Below are positions 1 to 9,558 of a stretch of DNA of 64,000 nt, piece by piece. The notes beneath the pieces are model-generated. The model was not told the DNA's origin. It saw only the letters and a program-made list of their open reading frames with translations, and did not search any database. The stretch's first letter is position 1. Each line of letters starts with the position of its first letter. A program made the translations under genes and the position numbers. The stretch is from Fervidicoccaceae archaeon (GTDB lineage: Archaea > Thermoproteota > Thermoprotei_A > Sulfolobales > Fervidicoccaceae), in the NCBI GenBank assembly GCA_038734945.1, contig JAVYOA010000009.1, positions 1 to 64,000 on the forward strand, given 5' to 3'.

Positions 1-120
1 TGCAGATTCCATCCAAGATGCCCAAGAGCTATGGATATATGCTCCAGGAAAGAGCCAGAGCTTGTTGAGGTGGAGAGAAATCACTTCGTTGCATGTCATC
101 TGTATGGAGGTAGTGCATGA
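1..120 (+). CDS. 3' end of oligopeptide ABC transporter ATPase (OppD/DppD-like), truncated by window edge
   Basis: Frame 1 reads CRFHPRCPRAMDICSRKEPELVEVERNHFVACHLYGGSA*, the Cys-rich C-terminal domain of Opp/Dpp ATPases. TGA at 118-120 overlaps the next ATG. Confidence 0.75.
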   Translation, partial: CRFHPRCPRAMDICSRKEPELVEVERNHFVACHLYGGSA

Positions 121-127
121 TGTCCCC
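1..127 (+). repeat. 127-nt exact direct repeat, copy 1 (copy 2 at 969-1095)
   Basis: Base-by-base identity read from the sequence. First mismatch at 128/1096. Confidence 0.95.
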
Positions 128-1088
128 AATTCTCTCAACTGAAGGACTAAGAGTTTACTTCAAGGGAGCTGGACTATTCAGGAGCTCTCCTTCAGTTAGG
201 GCGGTAGATGGTGTGAGTATAAACGTCGGGGAAGGAGAGGTGTTGGGAATTGTTGGGGAAAGCGGCTCTGGAAAAACAACATTGGGAAAAGCGGTAATAA
301 GGCTCATAGAGCCAACTGGAGGAAAGCTAATTTTCATGGGAATGGAAATAACCCATACCAAGGAGAAGGAGCTGAGGAGACTAAGAAAGAGCATGCAGAT
401 CGTCCACCAAGATCCCTATTCCAGCCTGAATCCGAGAATGAGAATAATAGATATTGTTGGCAGACCTCTTGAAGTGCATGAATTAGTCAAGAGCGAGAAG
501 GAGAAAAGAGAAGCAGTTGCAGAGCTTCTCAGGAAGGTGGGTCTAAGCGAGTCTCTGCTCTATAGATACCCCCACGAGCTATCTGGAGGGCAGAGGCAGA
601 GAGTCTCTGTTGCAAGAGCAATAGCTCCCGCGCCAAAGCTCATAGTTCTCGATGAGCCAACTAGTGCTCTGGACGTAAGCGTCCAGGCCCAACTTCTGAA
701 TCTTCTCAGGAATCTTAGGAGAGAAATGGGGGTATCCTATCTCTTCATAAGCCACGACCTCTCCGTTGTTTACTATATGAGCGATAGAATAGCTGTAATG
801 TATGCAGGCAAGATTGTAGAGAGCGGCTCAGCAGATGATGTCTTCTTCAACCCACTTCACCCATATACAAGCCTATTGCTCAAGAGCATACCACAGCCAG
901 ATCCCAGGAAAAAAATAGAGATATTAGCAGAGGGGGAGCCGCCAAATCCAGCTTCTCCTCCTCCAGGATGCAGATTCCATCCAAGATGCCCAAGAGCTAT
1001 GGATATATGCTCCAGGAAAGAGCCAGAGCTTGTTGAGGTGGAGAGAAATCACTTCGTTGCATGTCATCTGTATGGAGGTAGTGCATGA
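117..1088 (+). CDS. oppF: Oligopeptide/dipeptide ABC transporter ATP-binding subunit (OppF/DppF family)
   Basis: Walker A GESGSGKT, QDPYSSLNPRM, LSGGQRQR, LDEPTSALD, HPYT and CRFHPRC...VACHLY tail. Confidence 0.92.
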   Translation: MMSPILSTEGLRVYFKGAGLFRSSPSVRAVDGVSINVGEGEVLGIVGESGSGKTTLGKAVIRLIEPTGGKLIFMGMEITHTKEKELRRLRKSMQIVHQDPYSSLNPRMRIIDIVGRPLEVHELVKSEKEKREAVAELLRKVGLSESLLYRYPHELSGGQRQRVSVARAIAPAPKLIVLDEPTSALDVSVQAQLLNLLRNLRREMGVSYLFISHDLSVVYYMSDRIAVMYAGKIVESGSADDVFFNPLHPYTSLLLKSIPQPDPRKKIEILAEGEPPNPASPPPGCRFHPRCPRAMDICSRKEPELVEVERNHFVACHLYGGSA

Positions 1089-1095
1089 TGTCCCC
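969..1095 (+). repeat. 127-nt exact direct repeat, copy 2
   Basis: Identical to 1-127. Spans the ATPase 3' end, the stop codon and the first codons (MMSP) of the next gene. Confidence 0.95.
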
Positions 1096-2260
1096 CGAGC
1101 CGCTTCCAATCCTAATAAGAGGAGGGAAAGTGTATTCTCCGGAACCAAGAGGAACGCAGGATCTGCTTATCTGGGGAGGGAAAATAGCTTTAATGAGAGA
1201 GCAAATCGATGAAAGGGATTTAGAGAGGGCCCTGGGAAGGATCGAGGTAATAGATGCAGAGGAAAAACTGATCGTTCCTGGGCTAATAGACCAGCATGTT
1301 CATATAAATGGAGCCGGCGGCGAGGGTGGGCCTCTCTATAGAACTCCCCCTGTTAGAGCCCAAGATCTCCTCAGCTCTGGAATAACCACAGTTGTTGGAC
1401 TGCTAGGCACAGATGGAATAACGAGATCTCTCAGAGATCTCCTCATGAAGGCCAGGCAGCTAACACTGGAAGGAGTGACAGCTTACATCTATACAGGTTC
1501 CTATCAGGTACCTTCCCCCACATTAACAGGCTCCATATCATCGGATATAATACTGATAGAAGAGGTTCTGGGAGTGAAAATAGCTCTCTCGGACCACAGA
1601 TCAAGCCATCCAAACAAGGAGGAGGTTCTCAGGATAGCAAGCGAGGCAAGAGTTGGGGGAATTCTAAGCGGGAAGGCAGGGGTGGTCCATGTGCACATGG
1701 GGGAAGAGAGAACCAGGTTCAGTATCTTGATAGAGATAGCAGATGAAACTGACATCCCAATTACCCAGTTTGCTCCAACACATGTTAACAGAAGCAGAGA
1801 AGTCCTAGAGAGCTCGCTGGAGTTCGGAAGGAGAGGAGGATTTTTGGATGTTACAACAGGAGTTTCCAAGAAGAGCGGGTTCAGCAGATCTGTCAAGCCT
1901 TCCGAAGCGATACAGTTCCTATTGAAGAACGGAATATCTCCATATAGGATAACAATGAGCAGTGATGGAAACGGGAGCATGCCGGAATTTGACGAGAGCG
2001 GAAGACTCCTTCGCGTTTTGGTCTCTCCTGTGGATTCCCTTCTAAATGAGCTGAGGGATCTGGTATTAGTTGAGGGAATTAAGCTGGAGGATGCATTGAG
2101 GTTTTCTACAGCTAATGTGGCAGAGCACTTGATGCTGAAGGGAAAAGGAAAAGTTGAGAGAGGCTATGATGCCGATCTGCTTATTCTTGATGAGAATTCC
2201 TTGAAACCAATGGCAGTTATATCCCAAGGGGAGCTGAGATTTTCCACGCTGAAAAAATGA
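1085..2260 (+). CDS. iadA: Isoaspartyl dipeptidase / beta-aspartyl peptidase (amidohydrolase)
   Basis: PGLIDQHVHINGAGGEGG, GLLGTDG, TGSY, KIALSDHRSS, HVHMG, PTHVNR and SSDGNGSMP motifs typical of IadA. Confidence 0.9.
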   Translation: MMSPEPLPILIRGGKVYSPEPRGTQDLLIWGGKIALMREQIDERDLERALGRIEVIDAEEKLIVPGLIDQHVHINGAGGEGGPLYRTPPVRAQDLLSSGITTVVGLLGTDGITRSLRDLLMKARQLTLEGVTAYIYTGSYQVPSPTLTGSISSDIILIEEVLGVKIALSDHRSSHPNKEEVLRIASEARVGGILSGKAGVVHVHMGEERTRFSILIEIADETDIPITQFAPTHVNRSREVLESSLEFGRRGGFLDVTTGVSKKSGFSRSVKPSEAIQFLLKNGISPYRITMSSDGNGSMPEFDESGRLLRVLVSPVDSLLNELRDLVLVEGIKLEDALRFSTANVAEHLMLKGKGKVERGYDADLLILDENSLKPMAVISQGELRFSTLKK

Positions 2261-2268
2261 AAGCATGC

Positions 2269-2817
2269 TCATCCTTCAACTTCATCGGTGAGAGAAACAT
2301 TGACAAGCCTCTGAACCCCACCTATTTTCTCTATTATCCTGACAACTGCCGATGGAACTAGATTCCTCCACTCCACTCCATTGAGCATTTTTTCTCTTAT
2401 CCTTTTTCCACTGTATTCGCCTCTCATGAACATCGGCGGAACTAGAACTTGGTACCCCCTCTCCTTGAAAAGCCTAACAACGAGAGGATTTCTCGATGCT
2501 GCTCCATCGAAGGGTGGCAGAAGTGACTCTAGGTAAGTTACCCACACACTATTGTATGATATATCTGGAACTGGAACAACCATTACCCTCCTTCTATCAA
2601 TCTTCTCCTCATCAAGTGACTCAATGAACATGAGCATCCTCTCTCCTGCAGTGAAAGGATTCTCGAGGGTGTGGCTCTTCTGCGCGCTCCCTATTGCTAC
2701 TATCACCTCATCTGCCCTCTCGAGAAGCCATTTGATGACTTCAATATGACCTCTATGCACCGGCTGGAACCTTCCAGGAAACACTATTCTTCTCAATCTC
2801 TCAGCTACTTCAGACAA
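2269..2817 (-). CDS. nadM: Archaeal nicotinamide-nucleotide adenylyltransferase
   Basis: GRFQPVHRGH, GSAQKSHTLENPFTAGER, SGxxIR. Confidence 0.92.
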   Translation of the reverse strand: MSEVAERLRRIVFPGRFQPVHRGHIEVIKWLLERADEVIVAIGSAQKSHTLENPFTAGERMLMFIESLDEEKIDRRRVMVVPVPDISYNSVWVTYLESLLPPFDGAASRNPLVVRLFKERGYQVLVPPMFMRGEYSGKRIREKMLNGVEWRNLVPSAVVRIIEKIGGVQRLVNVSLTDEVEG

Positions 2818-3596
2818 ATCAGATCACCTACCTTTATGCCAAACCTCTCTGCGAAGTTACCCTTGTTAATTGAGAGTTCCAAAAAACCAAAGCTATTGAT
2901 ATACGCCGCCATCTCCCCCTCAGGTACTAGGCTGAAGGTTCTGCTCACTGTGGCCTTTCCCACCTCTTGATTGCTGATCTTCACGTCCAATTTACCCAAA
3001 GAAAGCACATGTTCCGCTTCTTCCTCAGCTGCAGACAAGACTGTGTCTCCAAACGAATCAATGTATATAACTTTGAAGCACCTCCACTCTCCAGACATCT
3101 CTGACCACCTTAGGGAAAGCCTCTTGAGGCTTTTCACATCAATTTTTTCCGCAAACTTTTCAACCTCCTCCTCGAGCGACAGCCTGGCTGAAGCAGGAGC
3201 AAAAACATCTCTTCCATGGAAAGTTGATGAGACCTGCCAGAAAGAAACTCTGTGCTCATCTATAGCATAGGCCTCAATCTCCTCAGCTCCCTCAGCAATG
3301 GGCCACAAGAGGCCGTTGTCTGGACCAACAAAATATCTATCTCCCACTCTCAGGATAATACCCCTCCTTTCGCCTCCAACACCAGGATCCACAACTGAGA
3401 CATATATCGAGTTCTCGGGATACCAGAGATAGGATGTATAGAGCACATATGCTCCACAAACGATGCAGAAGTGCTGAATGCCATGGGTGAGATCTTCTAT
3501 TATAGCGCTTGGATTTATCCTTTTTATGGCAGCTTTCATGAGGGAAGCATAGGGATCCCTGGTGCCAAAGTCTGAGAGAAGCACTATGGTCCTCAT
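2805..3596 (-). CDS. SAM hydroxide adenosyltransferase (DUF62, SAM hydrolase/halogenase family)
   Basis: LSDFG, DLTH, VVDPGVG, GPDNG, SSTFHGRDVFAP, IDSFG motifs. Confidence 0.9.
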   Translation of the reverse strand: MRTIVLLSDFGTRDPYASLMKAAIKRINPSAIIEDLTHGIQHFCIVCGAYVLYTSYLWYPENSIYVSVVDPGVGGERRGIILRVGDRYFVGPDNGLLWPIAEGAEEIEAYAIDEHRVSFWQVSSTFHGRDVFAPASARLSLEEEVEKFAEKIDVKSLKRLSLRWSEMSGEWRCFKVIYIDSFGDTVLSAAEEEAEHVLSLGKLDVKISNQEVGKATVSRTFSLVPEGEMAAYINSFGFLELSINKGNFAERFGIKVGDLICLK

Positions 3597-3648
3597 ATCA
3601 TTTCACAATGAAAAATTGGAAGCCTTGAGTTAAAAGGTTGACTAGAAA

Positions 3649-4419
3649 TCATTCTATTATCCTATGCAGCAGCTTGAGAGCAACCAGTATGGAAACAACA
3701 TCGAAGATAACAATATTCAGCATATCCCACCCTATGGAATATGATCCATCAACAAGAAGGGATCTAAGGGCATTAACTGTATAGGTGAGCGGATTCACCT
3801 CAGCGAGCAGTTGAATTGCTTTGGGCATGACGTTTATTGGATAGAGAGCGTTGCTTGCGAAGAAGAGAGGCATTGTTATGGCACCGATTATCCCCATGAA
3901 TCTCTCCCTCGTCTTGAGACCTGAAGCAATCAGAATTGAGAGAGCAGTGAAGCCCATGCTGGCTATTATTAGAACGATATATCCCAAGATAAGCTTCAGA
4001 GGATCCGATGTTATCTTCGCTCCAACTGCCACTGCAGCCAGGAGAACGATGATATATTGCGTAGATGCTCTGAGCCCTCCGGCTAGCGATCTTCCAATTA
4101 CTATGAAGCTCCTCGGAATTGGAGAGGAAAGAAGTCTCTTGAGCACTCCAGACTCTCTCTCAAATACAAGCATGATTCCATAGGATAGTGAAATGAACGT
4201 CGAGGACTGCAGAATGACTCCTGGAGAGATGAATGTGATGTAGTCTCCAGTAGATGGAAAGGCCCTCACCCTCGCCATTACGCTTCCGAAAATCGCTATC
4301 CAAAATATGGGCTGCACAGCTCTCGTAAAAAGCTCAATGGGATCATGAGAAATTCTCCTTAGCTCCAGCTCTGCCATAGCAATTATTGTTTCAAGCCTCT
4401 TCATCTCCAGCTTCATCAT
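3649..4419 (-). CDS. ABC-2 type exporter permease (DrrB-like)
   Basis: Six hydrophobic segments, ERESGVLKRLL and NPLTY. Overlaps the ATPase stop. Confidence 0.85.
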   Translation of the reverse strand: MMKLEMKRLETIIAMAELELRRISHDPIELFTRAVQPIFWIAIFGSVMARVRAFPSTGDYITFISPGVILQSSTFISLSYGIMLVFERESGVLKRLLSSPIPRSFIVIGRSLAGGLRASTQYIIVLLAAVAVGAKITSDPLKLILGYIVLIIASMGFTALSILIASGLKTRERFMGIIGAITMPLFFASNALYPINVMPKAIQLLAEVNPLTYTVNALRSLLVDGSYSIGWDMLNIVIFDVVSILVALKLLHRIIE

Positions 4420-5456
4420 CCTCCCCTCCTTATCATCTTCCTCTCGCTTACAAGCTCCTTTATGTTTCCACTCTCCTCGGTTATCCTCTTTCCAGTTAGA
4501 GCAATGAAGGCCTCATCCAAGGTAGCTTCCTGAACTTTTATTTCCCTTATTTTTATTCCTCTACTCTGCATGAAGGAGATTATAGAGGGGAGAATACTGA
4601 AAGCTCCTCTAGCAACGATCTCTATTTCATCTCCCTGAATTTTCTCGACCCTAATGTTGTCTATCTTCAGCAGAAGATCACTTGTTCCATCTATCTGCCT
4701 ATCCAACCTCATGGAAATTCTGTCCCCTCCTGCAGATGCCTTAAGCTCTTCAGGTGTTCCTGTCTGGATTATTTTACCTGAGACAATTAGACTGACAAAA
4801 TTGGCGTATTTGTCTGCCTCATCCATGTAGTGCGTTGCAAAGAATATGGTAGTGCCAAATTCCTTCTTATATTCAAGAATTTTCTCCCAAACAATTCTCC
4901 TGGCATTGGGGTCCAGGCCAATAGTGGGCTCATCGAGAATCATGAGCCTTGGCTTCACCATGAGAGCACACGCTATTTCTAGCCGCCTGAACATTCCTCC
5001 AGAGTAGGTCTTCACCAGCCTGTGAGAGGCCTCCTCCAAGTCCATGATATTGAGGACCTCATCTATTGCTTGTTTCCTCTGCTCCGAAGGAATTCCATAG
5101 ATCTTCGAATATATGAGCAAATTCTCATATCCCGTTAGATCTGTCCAGAGAGAAACCTCCTGGGGAACATATCCAATGAAATTCCTCACATCTGCTGCCC
5201 TTTTGACAACATCCAATCCAAATACCTTAGCACTTCCACTAGTAGGCAATAGCTGGGTTGTCAATATTCTAATTAGAGTTGTTTTTCCAGCTCCATTTGG
5301 ACCTAGGATCGCATGTATGCTTCCCTCTTCTACCGAGAGATCTAGTCCATCTAGAGCCCTTACTCCTCCGCTATAAATTTTAACTAAGTTCTTCACTTCT
5401 ATTGCATTCGTAAAAAAACGCCTCCAGAGAACTCTACGAATTCTCTGTATCCACAC
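4416..5456 (-). CDS. ABC exporter ATP-binding protein (DrrA-like)
   Basis: GPNGAGKTT, YSGGM, LDEPTIGLD, THYMDEAD. Start codon uncertain. Confidence 0.88.
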   Translation of the reverse strand: MWIQRIRRVLWRRFFTNAIEVKNLVKIYSGGVRALDGLDLSVEEGSIHAILGPNGAGKTTLIRILTTQLLPTSGSAKVFGLDVVKRAADVRNFIGYVPQEVSLWTDLTGYENLLIYSKIYGIPSEQRKQAIDEVLNIMDLEEASHRLVKTYSGGMFRRLEIACALMVKPRLMILDEPTIGLDPNARRIVWEKILEYKKEFGTTIFFATHYMDEADKYANFVSLIVSGKIIQTGTPEELKASAGGDRISMRLDRQIDGTSDLLLKIDNIRVEKIQGDEIEIVARGAFSILPSIISFMQSRGIKIREIKVQEATLDEAFIALTGKRITEESGNIKELVSERKMIRRGG

Positions 5457-5559
5457 ATGCCCTTTTATTCTTTAACCGAATAAAGTTAGTGGAAACAGTA
5501 TTATTCTTCTTTGCTTCATCTTCATCTTAGGCTTATCCAGAAAGGTGGGGTAGATTGGC

Positions 5560-6612
5560 ATGGAAAGCGCAGTGCTGATAGATGGAAGCTATGGAGAGGG
5601 AGGAGGGCAAATAGTCAGAACATCCATCGCCCTCTCCGCAGTCAGCGGTAGACCAGTCAAGATCTTCAACATAAGAGCTAGGAGGAAGAATCCCGGACTT
5701 CAGCATCAGCATTTATCTGCTATCCGCGCCATAGCAATGATCTCTGAGGGAAGGATCTCTGGAGCAACCCTTGGAAGCACAGAAGTTTTCTTTGTGCCAG
5801 GTAAGCTAAGATCTGGGAACTTCAGAATAGATGTTGGTACTGCTGGAAGCGTAACCCTAATTGCCCAAGCTCTTTTACCGATCCTTCCATTTCTTCCCGG
5901 AAGAACGAAGATCGAAATAATTGGGGGAACAGATGTTCCCTGGAGTCCCACATCTGATTATTTCTCAACTGTCGTTGTTGGGATATCTGAGGCGATAGGG
6001 CTGAAGTTCTCCTTCGAAATTGTGAAGCGAGGGTACTATCCAAAGGGAGGAGGCAGAGTTATCATAGAAATCGACGAGCCCCCAGGAGAGATCAGACCCT
6101 TCAAACTTATTGAGAGGGGAGAACTAAAGGAGATAATCATCTTGAGCACTGCACACAATCTTCCCAGACATGTTGCAGAGAGGCAGGCAAATTCAGCAGC
6201 TGAGATGCTGCAAAGTGCTATGAGAGAAGTGAAGCTAAGGAGAGTCATTGAGGACGACTCGAAAGGAGAGAGGCCTCTGGATCCGGGATCTTCTATAGCG
6301 ATAGTAGCACGCACTGAAAAATCCTTTCTCGGCTCTGACTCCCTGGGAGAGAGAGGAAAGAGGGCGGAAGTCGTTGGAAAGGAAGCTACAGAGAAGCTCA
6401 TAGAGGATCTCTCAACAGGAAAGGCCCTAGACAGGCACATGTCCGATATGCTCATTCCTATTGCTGCCCTCGCTGGCAGAGGAAGCGAGCTGGGTGGAGC
6501 TAAGCTAACAGAGCACGCTGCAACTAATGTCGAGATAGTCAAGCAGCTTCTGGGGGTAAGGGTTGAAGTAAGTGGAAGAAAGGGGGAGCCATTTACTCTG
6601 AAGATCCTTTAG
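5560..6612 (+). CDS. rtcA: RNA 3'-terminal phosphate cyclase
   Basis: DGSYGEGGGQ, PGLxxQH, GGTDVPWSP, RGYYPKGGG, catalytic His in TEHAATN. Confidence 0.95.
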   Translation: MESAVLIDGSYGEGGGQIVRTSIALSAVSGRPVKIFNIRARRKNPGLQHQHLSAIRAIAMISEGRISGATLGSTEVFFVPGKLRSGNFRIDVGTAGSVTLIAQALLPILPFLPGRTKIEIIGGTDVPWSPTSDYFSTVVVGISEAIGLKFSFEIVKRGYYPKGGGRVIIEIDEPPGEIRPFKLIERGELKEIIILSTAHNLPRHVAERQANSAAEMLQSAMREVKLRRVIEDDSKGERPLDPGSSIAIVARTEKSFLGSDSLGERGKRAEVVGKEATEKLIEDLSTGKALDRHMSDMLIPIAALAGRGSELGGAKLTEHAATNVEIVKQLLGVRVEVSGRKGEPFTLKIL

Positions 6613-7345
6613 CATGTTCTGCTGTTTCACACTCTTCACCCTTCTCCCTCTCTGGTAGACAAAATCTCCTCACAATCTCCAGTATTATAGAAGTAGTGCT
6701 GTTTGGAAAAACATTTGTATTTCTTTTCTCCAGCCTTCTCACATCAATTCCCCTAACCCCCCTTCTCTCCAGCTCTTCCTTAAGCTTTATCTCATCGACC
6801 TTCTGGTCTGGCCCGAGAATAAGTATATCAGGAGAAAGCTCAACAACTCTCTTCAGAAAATCCTCCTCATCTCCCAGAACAGCATCTTTAACCCATCTTA
6901 TGGATTTCACCATTTCGAGCCTAGATTTCTCCGGAAAAATAGTCTCTCTCCCCTTGATCTTTTTCACATTTACATCTCTGGAAACAATCACGTATAGTTC
7001 TCCGAACTGAGCAGCTTGCTTCATGAAGTACACGTGTCCAGGATGCAGTATATCGAAGGTTCCAGCTATTACAACCTTTTTGGCTTTCTCTCTCTTCCAC
7101 TCTATCTTCAGCTTCCCCCTCAATGCCAGAGAATCCAGGAGACCCTCTGCATATGAGATGGCGGCGATCGCGGTTGTGCAGTCCTCCCTTGAAAGGTAGT
7201 AGTCAGCATCCTTGACATAGAGCTCTGAGAGCTCCACAAGCTTGAGATCTTCGGGGGGTAGCTGCTCCATACTCCTTTTCGCCTGAGCCAATGCGTCCTT
7301 GACCATTGATATATAGAGTGATGCCCTGCTACATGCATCGCTCAC
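6593..7345 (-). CDS. ribL: DUF357 domain fused to FAD synthase (RibL-type cytidyltransferase)
   Basis: N-terminal YVKDADYY...AAISYAEGLLD (DUF357). C-terminal GTFDILHPGH, SRD, LGPDQ. Confidence 0.8.
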   Translation of the reverse strand: MSDACSRASLYISMVKDALAQAKRSMEQLPPEDLKLVELSELYVKDADYYLSREDCTTAIAAISYAEGLLDSLALRGKLKIEWKREKAKKVVIAGTFDILHPGHVYFMKQAAQFGELYVIVSRDVNVKKIKGRETIFPEKSRLEMVKSIRWVKDAVLGDEEDFLKRVVELSPDILILGPDQKVDEIKLKEELERRGVRGIDVRRLEKRNTNVFPNSTTSIILEIVRRFCLPEREKGEECETAEHAKGSSE

Positions 7346-8136
7346 TTCCTGTACACCTCAAGCGCCTCTTTTTCCATGAAGTGCAGCTTTCCCGGAACAA
7401 TGAGCGAGTCTGGAGGATTGAAATGCATTTCCATCAATTCTCCGGCTCTTCCTGCGATAATTCTCTCATCGGGCCAGGAGGCTCTCTCCACAACAACCAC
7501 CTCAATATCCTCCGAGAACGCTTTCCTCTTCTCAATCCCTTCTGCCTGCATTAGAAGCTTTATTGCCTCTGCAGCGCTGAGGGGTCCAAGCTTCTCATCA
7601 ATATCAAGGAAGAAAAAAGTATGCAGTCCTCTTCTCCTGTTTTCCTCTAGCACCAAATAAGGATAGATTGAGATAATTCCATCCTTTGGGTAAACTATTG
7701 TTGCACTCTCTCCAAACTTGTATTGAAACAGGCCAGTTGCTGAAACGGAATAGGAAAATATGTTGACCGAGGGTATATATTCCACTTGACATCCTCGTTG
7801 CATGAAGTGCAGCTTGAGAGCTAAATGAGTTGTTGCAATGTAGGGATCCCCTATAACAGCTAGAGCTACGGCTTTCCCAACCAATGCTTCCTTGAGAATT
7901 TTTTCCCCAGAGCTCTCTTCCAGATCCTTCCTTGACAGCCTGAATATTTTCTCCCTTCTCACACCAATTTTCTCCAGGGCAAGGATTGGTTCGGGATAGT
8001 AGAAGCTAGTGTACTCTTCCAAGTAGACCAGATCAGCCTCCCTTAGAGCTTCAGCAGCTCTAAGCGTTATGTGTCCTTCTTGGAGGCCGAGTCCAATGAA
8101 CGCAATTCTACCAATGCATCTGCTCAAGACAATCAT
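7342..8136 (-). CDS. dph5: Diphthine synthase
   Basis: IGLGL, EEYTS, GDPYIATTH, YKFG, GLHTFFFLDI, LHFMEKEAL. Confidence 0.93.
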   Translation of the reverse strand: MIVLSRCIGRIAFIGLGLQEGHITLRAAEALREADLVYLEEYTSFYYPEPILALEKIGVRREKIFRLSRKDLEESSGEKILKEALVGKAVALAVIGDPYIATTHLALKLHFMQRGCQVEYIPSVNIFSYSVSATGLFQYKFGESATIVYPKDGIISIYPYLVLEENRRRGLHTFFFLDIDEKLGPLSAAEAIKLLMQAEGIEKRKAFSEDIEVVVVERASWPDERIIAGRAGELMEMHFNPPDSLIVPGKLHFMEKEALEVYRK

Positions 8137-8198
8137 TCCCCGGAGCGAGTGAAATATTAGTTCGATAGCTCTATTTATTCATTCACAGATGATGAAGT

Positions 8199-9443
8199 AT
8201 GGGAATTGCATACATTAACGGAATATTGAGCATTGGAGGCATCTCTGCTGAGGAAATTGCCAAGGAGTTTGGAACCCCCATATATGTATATGATGAGGAG
8301 ACAATTCGCAAGAGCTATGAGAGAATAAGGGAAGCATTTTCCTACGAGAACCTTGAAATAATGTATGCAGCTAAGGCAAATTCCAACATCCACATTCTCA
8401 AGATAATGAGAGAACTGGGTGCTGGGCTTGATGCTGTTTCTCCCTATGAAGTCTTGTTGGGAAGGATGGCAGGATTTGCTCCGGAGTCAATTTTATTCAC
8501 TGGAAGCAGTGTGAGCAATGAGGACATGAGAATGGCAATAGAGGCAGGAGCTCTGATTAATATTGACTCGATATCGCAGCTCAGAAGATATGCATCTCTC
8601 TTCCCGGGAGGAGAGGTCTCGATCAGGATAAACCTTGGCTATGGAAGCGGCTATCATTCATATTTGGTGACTGGAGGAAGAACAAAGTTTGGAATAGATG
8701 CAATAGATCTGGATCTCGCTATCGATATAGCTATGAGAAATGGAATCAAAATCATTGGTCTGCATACTCATATGGGTTCTGGAATAGTTGACTGGAAACT
8801 CTATGTGAGGGCTCTAAAGGATCTTCTCACATTGGCCAGAAAGCTTGATGGCCTGGAATTTGTTGATGTTGGCGGTGGATTTGGCATCGCATATAGAAAG
8901 GAGGATCCATCAATTGAAATTGAAAAAGTAGGAGCCGAGCTTTCCCGAATGATGCATTCCTTCAACATGGAAATTGGCAGAAGCGTGAAGCTCAGAATCG
9001 AACCAGGAAGGTTCCTAGTTGCAAGGGCAGGAGCACTCATAGCTAGAGTGGTTGATGTGAAGGAGATCCGGCATGGAGAGGAGAGAGAGGCATTCATTGG
9101 GATAGATAGCGGAATGGGTCATCTCATAAGGCCAGCCCTTTATGAAGCATATCACGAAGTGGTTCCAGTGAGAGAGAAAGTGGGAGAGAGAATCAGGGCT
9201 CATGTAGTAGGTAATTACTGTGAGAGCGGGGATATAATAGCTCTAGATAGAATTCTTCCATATATGAGAGAGGGAGATCTGCTTGCTGTTCTGGATGCAG
9301 GAGCCTATGGGTACTCAATGAGCTCCAACTATAATATGAGGCCCCGGCCTGCCGAGGTCATGGTTAGAATTGGAGGAAAGGTAGAGCTAATTAGAAGGAG
9401 AGAAACCTTCGAAGACATGGTAAGAGGAATGATAATCAAATGA
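8199..9443 (+). CDS. lysA: Diaminopimelate decarboxylase (group IV PLP decarboxylase)
   Basis: FGTPIYVYD, YAAKAN (PLP Lys), HMGS, DVGGG, EPGR, IRPALY, CESGD, GAYGYSMSSNYN. Confidence 0.88.
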   Translation: MGIAYINGILSIGGISAEEIAKEFGTPIYVYDEETIRKSYERIREAFSYENLEIMYAAKANSNIHILKIMRELGAGLDAVSPYEVLLGRMAGFAPESILFTGSSVSNEDMRMAIEAGALINIDSISQLRRYASLFPGGEVSIRINLGYGSGYHSYLVTGGRTKFGIDAIDLDLAIDIAMRNGIKIIGLHTHMGSGIVDWKLYVRALKDLLTLARKLDGLEFVDVGGGFGIAYRKEDPSIEIEKVGAELSRMMHSFNMEIGRSVKLRIEPGRFLVARAGALIARVVDVKEIRHGEEREAFIGIDSGMGHLIRPALYEAYHEVVPVREKVGERIRAHVVGNYCESGDIIALDRILPYMREGDLLAVLDAGAYGYSMSSNYNMRPRPAEVMVRIGGKVELIRRRETFEDMVRGMIIK

Positions 9444-9558
9444 ATCTCAATAGGAAGCTGGGCTTGGATTCAGCACGAACCTATAATAGAAATCATCGAA
9501 TCATTTCAGTATTGCTGAAAAACGCATTTTCATGACAGATCCTGGGAAAAAGAAAAAG

